This document shows, one piece after another, positions 1 to 8,839 of a stretch of 64,000 nucleotides of DNA. Every line of letters starts with the position of its first letter. Within the stretch, counting starts at the first letter, position 1. The stretch is from a virus (taxonomy: Duplodnaviria; Caudoviricetes), in the IMG/VR virus record IMGVR_UViG_3300017589_000168, positions 23,471 through 87,470 of that record; one strand, given 5' to 3'. The translations under genes and the position numbers were made by a program. A model generated the notes under the pieces. That model did not search any database, was not told the DNA's origin, and saw only the letters and a program-made list of their open reading frames with translations.

Positions 1-2
1 TT

Positions 3-713
3 GCGGAGCGTATCCGTGCCTACGGGGAGGAAAAGAACAAGTCTGCCGCTGAACTCCGCAGTATTAGCAATGAACTAGTAGACGAGTTTGAACAGCATCT
101 GCGGCGGCTGGGCAAAGACCAGTACAAACGGCACCGTGCTGACTATGACGAGGAAAACGAGCTGTCGGGCAGCTTTGATTTTGACGATGATGTGCTGAAT
201 GAAACTGCTGACCGTGTATTCCGCCTTAAATCCGCACTTCCAACCACCGGCCGTATTGCCTATCAGCTTTTGACTCCAGAGATGAAAGCCAAGGTGGATG
301 GGCTGGTAGAGTATCTTCTTGAAAATGTTCCGGTACTTAGGGAGCAAAAGGAACGCTACATAGACAGCAAAATGAAGATGGCCCTGCTCTACGGCGGCAG
401 TGATGAATACCTTGACAGCCTGCGGAAGCGGTTTTCCGAGGAAGCCGATAAAATCATTGCAAACCGTCTGCTGGGTATGGTAAAGACCTTGAACCGGCTG
501 GATTATGAGATGAAGTCCGAGGAATACAAAAATGCCCGCCGTTCCTATTTTGCCGAGCAGATGCTGATGGAGGCGCTGGATATGCTTTCCGGTCTGACCC
601 GTGACAACGACAGCCGTTTCAGCGATTGGGAGAAAGCAAACGGCCGTGAGCTGTCAAAGGACGCTAAAAAGGAGCTATTTTTGAAATTACAGGATAAAGG
701 CTATGAACATTAA
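3..713 (+). CDS. C-terminal part of probable relaxase (MobP3-like), 5' truncated by the window
   Basis: Frame of ORF 192..713 is open back to position 3 (AERIRAYGEEK...). GRIAYQLLTPEMKAKVD resembles MobP3 C-terminal segments; catalytic HUH motifs lie outside the window. Confidence 0.5.
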   Translation, partial: AERIRAYGEEKNKSAAELRSISNELVDEFEQHLRRLGKDQYKRHRADYDEENELSGSFDFDDDVLNETADRVFRLKSALPTTGRIAYQLLTPEMKAKVDGLVEYLLENVPVLREQKERYIDSKMKMALLYGGSDEYLDSLRKRFSEEADKIIANRLLGMVKTLNRLDYEMKSEEYKNARRSYFAEQMLMEALDMLSGLTRDNDSRFSDWEKANGRELSKDAKKELFLKLQDKGYEH

Positions 714-733
714 CCTTCAGGGAGGAATGTGGA

Positions 734-1405
734 TTGAAAACAAGAAAAGAGTTTTTTGAGGATTTTTTTGCACGGCTGACCAGAACGGGTTTCCGTGTGG
801 AAAGCATGATGGAAAGCGATGTCGCCGCCGAAGTCTATGACGAAAGCTCCCTGTTCTGTGTGGTTACACAGGATGGGGAGCTTATTTTTGAAAGCTATGG
901 AGGCGAGAAGGTCCGGGCTTTGGAACAGGCGGCCAGAGAAACCCGCACCGACCTTTCCTGCTGTATGCAGCCGCCTTTTGCGGATATGGAACGGACGGAA
1001 ACCGTTCTGCTGACAGGCGGTTCCTATATCAAGGTGTTTGAGAGTGCGGGAGTAGTATTGCTCTGCCGCCGCACTACGCTGTTTGGATATGAGTTTGTCA
1101 CCTGTCAGAAAGCTATGCCGAAGCATAACACCAAACGCTTTTACAGGGAACATTTCTTCTATGATCCCATATTGGCGCAGGACGATTTTTTGGAGCGCAG
1201 CGGCTTAAAAATCCCGGCGCCGCTTTCCTTTTCCCACGATGAGCTTCGGGCGCTGGTATCCTGCTGTGCAAGGTGTGTCATGCTGGATAATGAGATGGAC
1301 GGCGGACAGGAAAGCCGTATCCGTGAACTGATGGCAAAGATTGAGGAAAGCCTGCCGGGGCAGCTTGACCTCTCTCCCCACCACTATTTTCAGAATGAAA
1401 TGTAA
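734..1405 (+). CDS. Hypothetical ICE protein, paralog of the next gene
   Basis: 223-aa ORF with GGAGG RBS at ~720; aligns by eye with 1411..2100. Confidence 0.75.
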   Translation: MKTRKEFFEDFFARLTRTGFRVESMMESDVAAEVYDESSLFCVVTQDGELIFESYGGEKVRALEQAARETRTDLSCCMQPPFADMERTETVLLTGGSYIKVFESAGVVLLCRRTTLFGYEFVTCQKAMPKHNTKRFYREHFFYDPILAQDDFLERSGLKIPAPLSFSHDELRALVSCCARCVMLDNEMDGGQESRIRELMAKIEESLPGQLDLSPHHYFQNEM

Positions 1406-1410
1406 GGAGT

Positions 1411-2100
1411 ATGCCTATGAAAACCAAAACCGAGTTTTATCAAAGCTATTTTGAAATCCTGCAAAAAAAGGGCTTTACCGTGCAGCCCTCCACTTCGCCA
1501 GACTATGTGGCGGACATTTACCACAAGGATAAGCTGATCGCCTTTTTTACCAAGAACGACATGGTAATGAAAAACCCCTTTGTTGAAGTACAGGATAAGC
1601 TCATGGACAGGATACAGACCCTTGCCAAATCTACGGCGGTAGCGTGCGGGATCTGTTCGGATAAGCCTTACGACGAGGAAACTGCCGTGAAGCTGTCCAA
1701 CAACCTGTATCGGCTCAATGAGCACAACGGCGTAGTGTTGGCCTGCAAGCATCACCCTCTATTCGAGTATGTGCTTTCCACCTACCGCTGTGACGAAACT
1801 AAAAACCCGATCCAGCGCCAGTATTTCTACAACAAAGAGGACGCCTTTGAGAGCTTCGCTACCAGAAGCGGCCTGATTGATGAAAAACGGCTTTTCTCTG
1901 AAACTGATTTGAAGGTCATCTATGCAGGGCTTGTCAAAATGCGTACCATTGACAATGACATGACGCAGGACGATCTCAACTCTGTGGAACGGCTGGTGGA
2001 TAAAATCGAGGACATTGTGCCGGAGTTGCAAAAAAGAGAAAAGGCACTGGATTTCTCCTGGCTCTTTGGCAGTATGGAGCGAGGAATCGAACGGGAATAA
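1411..2100 (+). CDS. Hypothetical ICE protein, paralog of the previous gene
   Basis: 229-aa ORF with AAGGAG RBS; shared MKT(R/K)xEF start and GVVL-C and DN(E/D)M-(K/D)IE motifs. Confidence 0.75.
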   Translation: MPMKTKTEFYQSYFEILQKKGFTVQPSTSPDYVADIYHKDKLIAFFTKNDMVMKNPFVEVQDKLMDRIQTLAKSTAVACGICSDKPYDEETAVKLSNNLYRLNEHNGVVLACKHHPLFEYVLSTYRCDETKNPIQRQYFYNKEDAFESFATRSGLIDEKRLFSETDLKVIYAGLVKMRTIDNDMTQDDLNSVERLVDKIEDIVPELQKREKALDFSWLFGSMERGIERE

Positions 2101-2105
2101 AAAAA

Positions 2106-2126
2106 CTGCCGCGAGATATGCGGCAG
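2106..2126 (-). terminator. Hairpin between convergent genes; intrinsic terminator for the XRE gene
   Basis: CTGCCGC-N7-GCGGCAG preceded by an A-run (U-run on the - strand). Confidence 0.6.
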
Positions 2127-2129
2127 CCA

Positions 2130-2438
2130 TTACTTTGACATCAGCTTCGCAAAGTGAAGCACCGCCAATGCCTTTTCTTCTTCTAATAGCCGGGATGTTT
2201 CCACAAGCTCACGTTCATAAGCTGTGGGATACAGTACATTTTCATTCTCACTGAAAAACTCGGCAAGCGTGGTGCCAAGGCGGGTAAGCAGTTTTTCCAG
2301 CACAAGAACAGAGGGCTGGCTTTCTCCCTTTTCAATCTTGCGTATGTAGTTCTGCGATATGTCCGTGTCCTTTGACAGCTTGTAGACACTGATATTTCTA
2401 TTTGTTCGGAGTGTCCGAAATTTAGTCGGTAAATCCAT
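2130..2438 (-). CDS. XRE-family HTH transcriptional repressor
   Basis: RTLRTNRNISVYKLSKDTDISQNYIRKIEKGESQPSVLVLEKL is a Cro/C1 HTH signature; divergent from the transfer operon. Confidence 0.9.
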   Translation of the reverse strand: MDLPTKFRTLRTNRNISVYKLSKDTDISQNYIRKIEKGESQPSVLVLEKLLTRLGTTLAEFFSENENVLYPTAYERELVETSRLLEEEKALAVLHFAKLMSK

Positions 2439-2498
2439 CGTTATTCTCCTTCCCTATGATACTTATTATTATGTTACATAACACAATAAAATTTAAGG

Positions 2499-2539
2499 CA
2501 ACTATAGTTGTTGATAGTACGGATATTTAGTTGTACTAT
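2499..2539. promoter_or_regulatory. Candidate XRE operators in AT-rich divergent promoter region
   Basis: Perfect palindrome CAACTATAGTTG (2499-2510) and inverted repeat ATAGTAC-N12-GTACTAT. Confidence 0.5.
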
Positions 2540-2581
2540 GTATATGTAAGACTTTAACCTAAAGAAAAGGAGCGTGATATT

Positions 2582-3424
2582 ATGAACCATCCAAGCGGAG
2601 AATCTATTTGGGGAAACATCAACACCGCCATTGAAATTGCCATGAATATCTACCTGATAACCGCCAAAGATGAAAACGGCTTTGAGCGTGAGGGTATTAT
2701 GATTCCAAAATCCAAGGCAAACGAGGTCCTTTCACAAAAGGCCGCCTCCATGGCGGAGCAGGACGGCGACTGGCTTTGCTATGGTGAGGACACCAAGGAC
2801 ATCCCCATGTACGAAATGCTTCAGCGCCGTGTCGCCGCCTGCAAGCGTATGGAGACAAAGGCCATTGAAATGATGCAGGAAATCAAGCGTGACGGAAGCC
2901 TGCGCCTGACTGATTATTTCGGAGAGTGCGCACCGCCTGTTGCATTGGACAAAAACAACCCGGAACAGCTTAATCGTGTACGCAACGGCATCTATCTTGT
3001 TCATTCGGAAGGCGAGGATTATTTTGCCGTCCATGAATCGGTAGCAGATAATTTTATGTCGGATATAGCAGAAGCCTTTGGGAAAAGGCAGGGTGAATAC
3101 CTGCTCTACGACTTGACTACTGCCGCCATTCCCCTCTTTGAATTGCGTCAAATCTACAATGAGGTGGATGATTTAATCGTATCGGAGGACAGCCTGCTTG
3201 CCACGCTGAACAAGAACTTCCTCACCTATATCACATTCTATAATGACATGGTGGAGGAGGAATCCAAAATACCGCCCACAAAAGCCCCGGTATGCCTTTT
3301 TCTGCAAAAGCAGCTTGATCGGGCGGCACGGGAACCGAATCTGTCCGTTGATAACGGGCTGGAGAACAACTTGATTACCCCTTCTTTTGGAGAGGAAGCG
3401 GAGGATTTTGGTTTCGAGCCGTAA
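2582..3424 (+). CDS. Hypothetical ICE protein (DUF7007-like N-terminus)
   Basis: 280-aa ORF with AAGGAG RBS; the N-terminal SIWG...GIMIP segment resembles DUF7007-type domains (from memory). Confidence 0.65.
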   Translation: MNHPSGESIWGNINTAIEIAMNIYLITAKDENGFEREGIMIPKSKANEVLSQKAASMAEQDGDWLCYGEDTKDIPMYEMLQRRVAACKRMETKAIEMMQEIKRDGSLRLTDYFGECAPPVALDKNNPEQLNRVRNGIYLVHSEGEDYFAVHESVADNFMSDIAEAFGKRQGEYLLYDLTTAAIPLFELRQIYNEVDDLIVSEDSLLATLNKNFLTYITFYNDMVEEESKIPPTKAPVCLFLQKQLDRAAREPNLSVDNGLENNLITPSFGEEAEDFGFEP

Positions 3425-3452
3425 AGATAGATTCAGAACATAAATTAAGATG

Positions 3453-3494
3453 ATATGCCCTGCACCGTGGATATTAGTGCAGGGCATATTTTTT
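3453..3494 (+). terminator. Intrinsic terminator
   Basis: 13-bp stem ATATGCCCTGCAC / GTGCAGGGCATAT followed by a T-run. Confidence 0.8.
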
Positions 3495-3508
3495 GGAGGT
3501 GAGAAGAT

Positions 3509-4192
3509 TTGAAAATGGTGTATATCGCCAGTCCTCTGCGCGGGGACTACAACACCAATATAAAAAACGCTGTGGAATACTGCCGACTTGCCGCGGAGAA
3601 AGGCGTACTTCCCCTTGCGCCCCACATTATTTTCAGCCAGTGGTGCAATGACACCATTCCGGAACAGAGGGAACAGGGCTTGAGCCTTGGTCTTGCTTTG
3701 CTTCAAAAAGCAGACGAACTGTGGGTGATGGGAACTACCTTCAGCCAAGGTATGCAGGGTGAGGTGGGATTTGCACAGGAACATGGGATACCGATGTTTT
3801 TTGTAACACACCCCCATGACCTGAATTACTACCCGGTCAGTGCCGACGAAAATCGGCTTTTGTCCAAGTTAGACTGTGTTACTGAAAGCAGTCGGGAGAG
3901 TTACAAGGATCAGCTTGTGGTGCTGCGGCATGAACATCTGAGGCCGGAATATCGTACCTCACGGAATCAGGTGTGGCTTGTGACTCACGGCCCCGGCTGC
4001 CGACCGGATTATGTTCATAGCGATACCATCCATCTAACACATCCTGTGGACGGCGACCGCATGGCGGTTCGTCGCGGTGATGTGTGGGGCGTTCCAAAGC
4101 CTGAGATGATGGACTGTATCAGGCAGGCTTATCCTGAATTTGATGCCGCTTTGCAGTCAGCCGCAGAACCGGAGGGGGATCTTTGCCAATGA
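3509..4192 (+). CDS. DUF4406/nucleoside 2-deoxyribosyltransferase-like domain fused to an unrelated C-terminal domain
   Basis: VYIASPLRG...APH...LGLALLQKADELWV is typical of the DUF4406-like fold; C-terminal LVVL-LRPEYR-NQVWLVT-G-GC motif. Confidence 0.6.
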   Translation: MKMVYIASPLRGDYNTNIKNAVEYCRLAAEKGVLPLAPHIIFSQWCNDTIPEQREQGLSLGLALLQKADELWVMGTTFSQGMQGEVGFAQEHGIPMFFVTHPHDLNYYPVSADENRLLSKLDCVTESSRESYKDQLVVLRHEHLRPEYRTSRNQVWLVTHGPGCRPDYVHSDTIHLTHPVDGDRMAVRRGDVWGVPKPEMMDCIRQAYPEFDAALQSAAEPEGDLCQ

Positions 4193-6462
4193 AGAAAAAG
4201 GAAAAGCTCATATTAGGTGCGGTCATTCTCGGTATCGGCACAATATTCAACCTGTTCTTTACCGCTGCCCTGCATGGCCTGCTGTCACGAAAATTGTCTG
4301 CCCTGTCACTCATTCCCTTATGGGACTGCGTGGCAGGGCTTTTTCTTTACCGTCAGCAGCTTCTATTGTTTTTGTCCTTTGAGGGATTTATCTGCCTGTG
4401 CAGCGTCCTCTTTTGGGTACAGAACAACCGCCCCTATCAAAGTGAACTTGTGCGGGTGGCCGAGGACATTTATACGCCTGCATCGGTAGGACAGTATCAG
4501 CATGGCTCGGCCCGGTGGCTGCGGGAAGAAGAAAAAGGAAAAGTGTTTGGAACACAGGTCATCCATCCGGTAAATCCCCTTATTCGTAAGCTGTTGGATA
4601 CCGGCTTTGATGATCTGCCGTTTATGCAGAAGAACGAAAAAAAGACAAATCACTTCAATCAAGCGGAAATCGGGCAAGACACGGCGGCACAGGACGAACA
4701 CACCGCACCGCCCGATTCTGTAAACCCAAAGGAAGAAAAGGAGGAATTGATACAGGATGAGGACTTTGAAACTGTGGATTATGACCTTGCGGCTGCGCAT
4801 TTAACCAAAGCACAGACACAGGATACCCCACCTGCACCACAGGATAAATCGGAGAAAGAAAAGAAAGACCCCTACAAGCTGTTTGATGAGGGCGGCATCG
4901 TGGTAGGCACGGAGAAAATCAGAGCCAAAGAGCTTGGGGCGCCGTCCGAACGGCTTTACTACATTCCCGATGATACCCATACCTTGACCATCGGCGCCAC
5001 CCGTTCAGGAAAGACACGGTGCCTTGTCATCCAGTCCATCTGCCTGCTGGGGCTTGCCGGGGAAAGCCTTGTCATCAGTGACCCCAAGGCCGAGTTGTTC
5101 CACTACACATCGGTATTTCTTAAAAAGCTGGGCTATGAGGTAATCTGTCTGGATTTTAAGAACCCCGAAAAAAGCACCCGATACAATCTCCTTCAGCCAG
5201 TTATCGACGCGGTAAATAAGGGGGATATGGAACGGGCGGAAATGTATGCGTGGGATATTACAAATATCCTTGTGGGAGATGATGTTTCCAACGAGAAGAT
5301 TTGGGAAAACGGTGAGAAATCCACCATAGCGGCGGCGATTCTCTGCGTGGTGGTGGACAACAAAAAGCGGCCGGAGTATCAGAACCTGACCAATGTGTAC
5401 TGGTTTATTGCGGAAATGAGTAAATCCGTGGGCGGCAAAACCCCTATGAGCGAGTACATGAAAAAACTGCCCAGTGCTCATCCGGCACGGGCGCTTATGT
5501 CAATTGCCGAGGTTGCGCCAAGCCGCACCAAGGGCAGCTTCGACACCTCGGCGCTGACTACCCTGCGTCTGTTTACCAGCCGTTCGGTCTATTCCGTTAC
5601 CCACAAGAGCGACTATAACATCTCGGAGATCGGACAGAAAAAGCAGGCTCTGTTTATGATTTTGCCGGACGAGAAAACGACCTATTATCCTATCGCCAGT
5701 CTGATGGTATCCCAGCTTTATGAGTTGCTGGTCCGTCAATCAGATCAGCGGGGCGGCAGGCTGGAGCGCCGGGTCAATTTTGTGCTTGATGAATTTGGAA
5801 ATTTTACAAAATTGAGTGATTTTCCAAACAAACTGACAGTGGCAGGCGGACGGGGGTGCAGATTTAACCTCTATCTGCAATCCTTTGAACAACTTTCCCT
5901 AAAATACGACAAAGAAACGGCGGCCATCGTTAAGTCCAACTGTCAGACATGGATATACCTACAAGCGGACGATAAGGAAACCTTACAGGAGGTGTGCGAT
6001 AAGCTGGGCAAGTACACCACCAGCGCCTATCAGCTTTCCAGCCAGCACGGGAGGTATGTCAACCCGTCCAGCTCCCACAGCATCAGCCTTGTAGCAAGGG
6101 AGCTTTTGACCACAGATGAAATCCGCAGAATCCAGCGGCCGGCTCAAATCGTTATCAGCCGTTCCCATCCGGCTATGATGAACGCCCCCGATCTGTCACA
6201 GTGGTATTTTAATCAGATGTGCGGATTGGGAGGCAAGGAGCATAACCGCCTGGTTCGGGAAGCGAGAGAAGCAGCCCGGCCGGTTTTATCCAACATGACA
6301 GGCGATATTCCCCTGTGGAACATATGGGTGTATTACGCCAAGGACTTGCAGATGAAAGAAGCCCAGCAGAAGTCACAGGCTTTTGCTTCTCAGATGGGTG
6401 CGATTTTTTCAGAAAAAGGCTTTCGGAAAGGAGGAACAAGTAAAGATGAAGATGACGATTAA
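4183..6462 (+). CDS. virD4: Type IV coupling protein VirD4/TraG
   Basis: Two N-terminal TM segments, Walker A GATRSGKT, ISDPKAEL, Walker B VLDEFGN, LQSFEQL. Confidence 0.93.
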   Translation: MPMKKKEKLILGAVILGIGTIFNLFFTAALHGLLSRKLSALSLIPLWDCVAGLFLYRQQLLLFLSFEGFICLCSVLFWVQNNRPYQSELVRVAEDIYTPASVGQYQHGSARWLREEEKGKVFGTQVIHPVNPLIRKLLDTGFDDLPFMQKNEKKTNHFNQAEIGQDTAAQDEHTAPPDSVNPKEEKEELIQDEDFETVDYDLAAAHLTKAQTQDTPPAPQDKSEKEKKDPYKLFDEGGIVVGTEKIRAKELGAPSERLYYIPDDTHTLTIGATRSGKTRCLVIQSICLLGLAGESLVISDPKAELFHYTSVFLKKLGYEVICLDFKNPEKSTRYNLLQPVIDAVNKGDMERAEMYAWDITNILVGDDVSNEKIWENGEKSTIAAAILCVVVDNKKRPEYQNLTNVYWFIAEMSKSVGGKTPMSEYMKKLPSAHPARALMSIAEVAPSRTKGSFDTSALTTLRLFTSRSVYSVTHKSDYNISEIGQKKQALFMILPDEKTTYYPIASLMVSQLYELLVRQSDQRGGRLERRVNFVLDEFGNFTKLSDFPNKLTVAGGRGCRFNLYLQSFEQLSLKYDKETAAIVKSNCQTWIYLQADDKETLQEVCDKLGKYTTSAYQLSSQHGRYVNPSSSHSISLVARELLTTDEIRRIQRPAQIVISRSHPAMMNAPDLSQWYFNQMCGLGGKEHNRLVREAREAARPVLSNMTGDIPLWNIWVYYAKDLQMKEAQQKSQAFASQMGAIFSEKGFRKGGTSKDEDDD

Positions 6463-6808
6463 AGGCTTGACCCAAAGGGTTAAGACCAAAATCAAGGCGG
6501 TGGGCGCAGGGTTGCTCACTGCTTTTCTTATGCTCCAGAACAGCACGGTAGCTTATGCCGCCGGGATTGGTGACAGCCAGATTGCCAAGGGTACGGAAAA
6601 GCTCATTCAGGACGCTACCACATGGCTGATGATTCTGGCCCCCGTGGTGGCAGGTCTGCTCATCATCTATTTCTGCATCCGCAGGAGTGCGGCAGACGAG
6701 ATGGATCAGAAAAAGTGGAACAACCGCATTGTGGTTGCCATTGTATCCTGCATCGGTGCGGTGCTGGGCAGCGCCACATTAAACATCATTATCGGCTACT
6801 ACCAGTAA
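6446..6808 (+). CDS. VirB2/TrbC-like conjugative pilin
   Basis: AGGAGG RBS then ATG at 6446; signal peptide ending AYAA and two hydrophobic helices; follows virD4. Confidence 0.7.
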   Translation: MKMTIKGLTQRVKTKIKAVGAGLLTAFLMLQNSTVAYAAGIGDSQIAKGTEKLIQDATTWLMILAPVVAGLLIIYFCIRRSAADEMDQKKWNNRIVVAIVSCIGAVLGSATLNIIIGYYQ

Positions 6809-6826
6809 GCCGTAAAACCATGTGTG

Positions 6827-6854
6827 AAGCTGCGGGAAAATTCCTGCGGCTTTT
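6827..6854 (+). terminator. Probable intrinsic terminator
   Basis: AAGCTGCGGGA-N4-TCCTGCGGCTT followed by TT. Confidence 0.55.
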
Positions 6855-6898
6855 CTGATAACCCCCAAAATTTATTATTGAAAAGGAGAACAACTATT

Positions 6899-7183
6899 AT
6901 GAAAAATCTCATGAACAAAATCGTTTCCAAAGCACAGGACACCGCTGGCAGACTGAAAGATAAGGCTATCCGCACCTATCTCCGTTTTACGCAGGCAAGG
7001 CAGCGCACTGCCGCTGTCCTGTCCAGCCAGTCCGGGGAAGGCTTCGTGGATACCGCCCTCAAAATCTTGATTTCTGTTGTGGTTGGTGCGTTGCTGCTTG
7101 CCGGGCTTTATATGCTCTTTAATGATACGATTCTGCCCACCCTGACCGATCGTATCAAGAGCCTTTTCAACTACAAGGGCTAA
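6899..7183 (+). CDS. Flp-like pilin (DUF6133-like)
   Basis: Start adjusted to ATG 6899 after AAAGGAG; class III-type site SG/EGFVDTALKILISVVVGALLLAGLY. Confidence 0.7.
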   Translation: MKNLMNKIVSKAQDTAGRLKDKAIRTYLRFTQARQRTAAVLSSQSGEGFVDTALKILISVVVGALLLAGLYMLFNDTILPTLTDRIKSLFNYKG

Positions 7184-7194
7184 AGGAAAAGGCG

Positions 7195-7240
7195 GTCCGT
7201 CCCTTCGGCTTAGAGCCAAGGGCGGACATTCTATTTTATT
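7195..7240 (+). terminator. Possible terminator hairpin
   Basis: GTCCGTCCCTT...AAGGGCGGAC bulged stem followed by ATTCTATTTTATT. Confidence 0.45.
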
Positions 7241-7262
7241 CAAACATTGAGGAGGAACCAAC

Positions 7263-7538
7263 ATGAACGTAACAGCAAAAATCGTTGCCAACCTGACCGA
7301 TCAGGGCAGGCTCAAGGCCATTTCCACCGTTTGCTTAAACGGTGAGTTTCTGATTACCGGGGTCCGCATCGTGGACTGTGAAAAGGGGCTGGGTGTATTT
7401 ATGCCCAGCCGCAAAACCAAGAGTGAGGAATACCGGGACATCTGCTTTCCCATCACCCCGGAGCTTCACCAAACCATCAAAGAAACGGTGCTGGAAGCCT
7501 ACCAAAACCAGTCGGAACAGGCGAATGAAGCAGAATAA
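7263..7538 (+). CDS. spoVG: SpoVG-family nucleic-acid-binding protein
   Basis: LKAISTVCLNGEFLITGVRIV...GLGVFMPSRK...EYRDICFPIT matches the SpoVG consensus. Confidence 0.88.
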   Translation: MNVTAKIVANLTDQGRLKAISTVCLNGEFLITGVRIVDCEKGLGVFMPSRKTKSEEYRDICFPITPELHQTIKETVLEAYQNQSEQANEAE

Positions 7539-7595
7539 ACGATGTGCAGCAAACGCCCTGCGGGATCTCCCGCAGGGCAAGGAGGTGAAAATCAC

Positions 7596-8438
7596 TTGGA
7601 GATAATCCTTGTACTGCTCATCGTAGCGGTGTTAAACGGTGCGGTAGCTTTTATAGATGAAATGCTTTCCGACCTCGTTCCCATGACCTTAAACGCCGAC
7701 CAGTATATGATCGCCGCAGGCGGCGGCAGTATGGTATCTGTGCTGTTTGACATCCTGCTGGGCTTTGGTGTGTCCCTGATTATCCTGAAGTTTCTGAAAA
7801 AAGGATTTGAGTGCTATGTCATGTGGACGGACGGCGACCCGGATGTGGAGCCGGTCCACCTCGTTATCCGCTTTATTCAGGCCATAGCAGTAGCGGTCTG
7901 TTTTCCGGTCATGTACGGCTGGCTTGCAGAAATCACCCAAAACCTGACGGATGAACTAATGGCCGCTATCGGTGCCGCCACCAATTATAACTGGCAGGCA
8001 TGGGTAAACGGTCTTAGCTCCCTTGGACTGGTAACGGCGATTTTCGGTCTGATTTTCGTGGTCTGCTACTTTGTGCTGTATTTCCAGTTTTTAATGCGCG
8101 GGCTTGAAATCATGATTCTGCGCATTGGTCTGCCACTTGCCTGCGTGGGACTTTTGGACAATGACAAGGGCGTGTTCAAGACCTATATCAATAAGTTTTT
8201 TCAGTCCACCCTTGCCGTAGTCGTACAGATATGCCTATGCAAACTGGGAGTCGGCATGATGATGAACGTAGGCATCAACATGAATATCTTTTGGGGAATT
8301 GCCTGTATCGTGCTTGCCATCAAGACTCCTCGTTTCCTCAGTGAATTTATGGTTCCCGCAGGCGGCGGTGCCGGTATGATTAACAATGTATATCACTCTG
8401 TCAGGCTGGTTGGCATGGCAAAGGGCATGATCAAGTAA
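7596..8438 (+). CDS. VirB6/TrbL-like polytopic membrane conjugation protein
   Basis: GGAGGTG RBS then TTG at 7596; multiple TM helices; GLEIMILRIGLPLACVGL motif; T4SS context. Confidence 0.75.
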   Translation: MEIILVLLIVAVLNGAVAFIDEMLSDLVPMTLNADQYMIAAGGGSMVSVLFDILLGFGVSLIILKFLKKGFECYVMWTDGDPDVEPVHLVIRFIQAIAVAVCFPVMYGWLAEITQNLTDELMAAIGAATNYNWQAWVNGLSSLGLVTAIFGLIFVVCYFVLYFQFLMRGLEIMILRIGLPLACVGLLDNDKGVFKTYINKFFQSTLAVVVQICLCKLGVGMMMNVGINMNIFWGIACIVLAIKTPRFLSEFMVPAGGGAGMINNVYHSVRLVGMAKGMIK

Positions 8439-8454
8439 AGGCGGTGATGGCGGG

Positions 8455-8667
8455 ATGATAACTCTTGACGATATTTCCATGGCGGTCATTGCCCTCATTC
8501 GCCTTGGTGCTGTGTTTCGCTTTGTTTACTGCATGGTACAGTTGCAGGGCGCCGAGGAAGAACAGGCGAGGTACAAAAAACGGGCAAAAAATACCGTAGT
8601 GTTCTATGTGATTGCCGAGTGCATCTGGCAGATCAAAGAGATTATTTTTTTCTACTATGGGGCGTAG
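8455..8667 (+). CDS. Small membrane conjugation protein (pilin-like, two TM)
   Basis: 70-aa ORF with two hydrophobic helices, co-oriented in the transfer operon. Confidence 0.6.
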   Translation: MITLDDISMAVIALIRLGAVFRFVYCMVQLQGAEEEQARYKKRAKNTVVFYVIAECIWQIKEIIFFYYGA

Positions 8668-8683
8668 AGAGAGTTACTAAATG

Positions 8684-8740
8684 CCTGACGGATACGGTTA
8701 TACAAGTGCAACTATATCTGTCAGGTGCTTTTGTATTTTT
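8684..8740 (+). terminator. Possible terminator before the AT-rich island
   Basis: CCTGACGGATA...TATCTGTCAGG stem (20-nt loop) followed by a T-rich tract. Confidence 0.4.
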
Positions 8741-8746
8741 TAAGTA

Positions 8747-8794
8747 TTGACATCCCTTGCCATTTGCTGTAAACTATGTTCACAATCATGTGAA
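8747..8794 (+). promoter_or_regulatory. SigA promoter with downstream palindromic operator
   Basis: TTGACA(8747)-17 nt-TAAACT(8770) followed by TTCACA-N4-TGTGAA (8779-8794). Confidence 0.7.
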
Positions 8795-8839
8795 TTAAGT
8801 TAACAAAGAAGTGAATATGATTAACAGGAGGGTGTTGGC

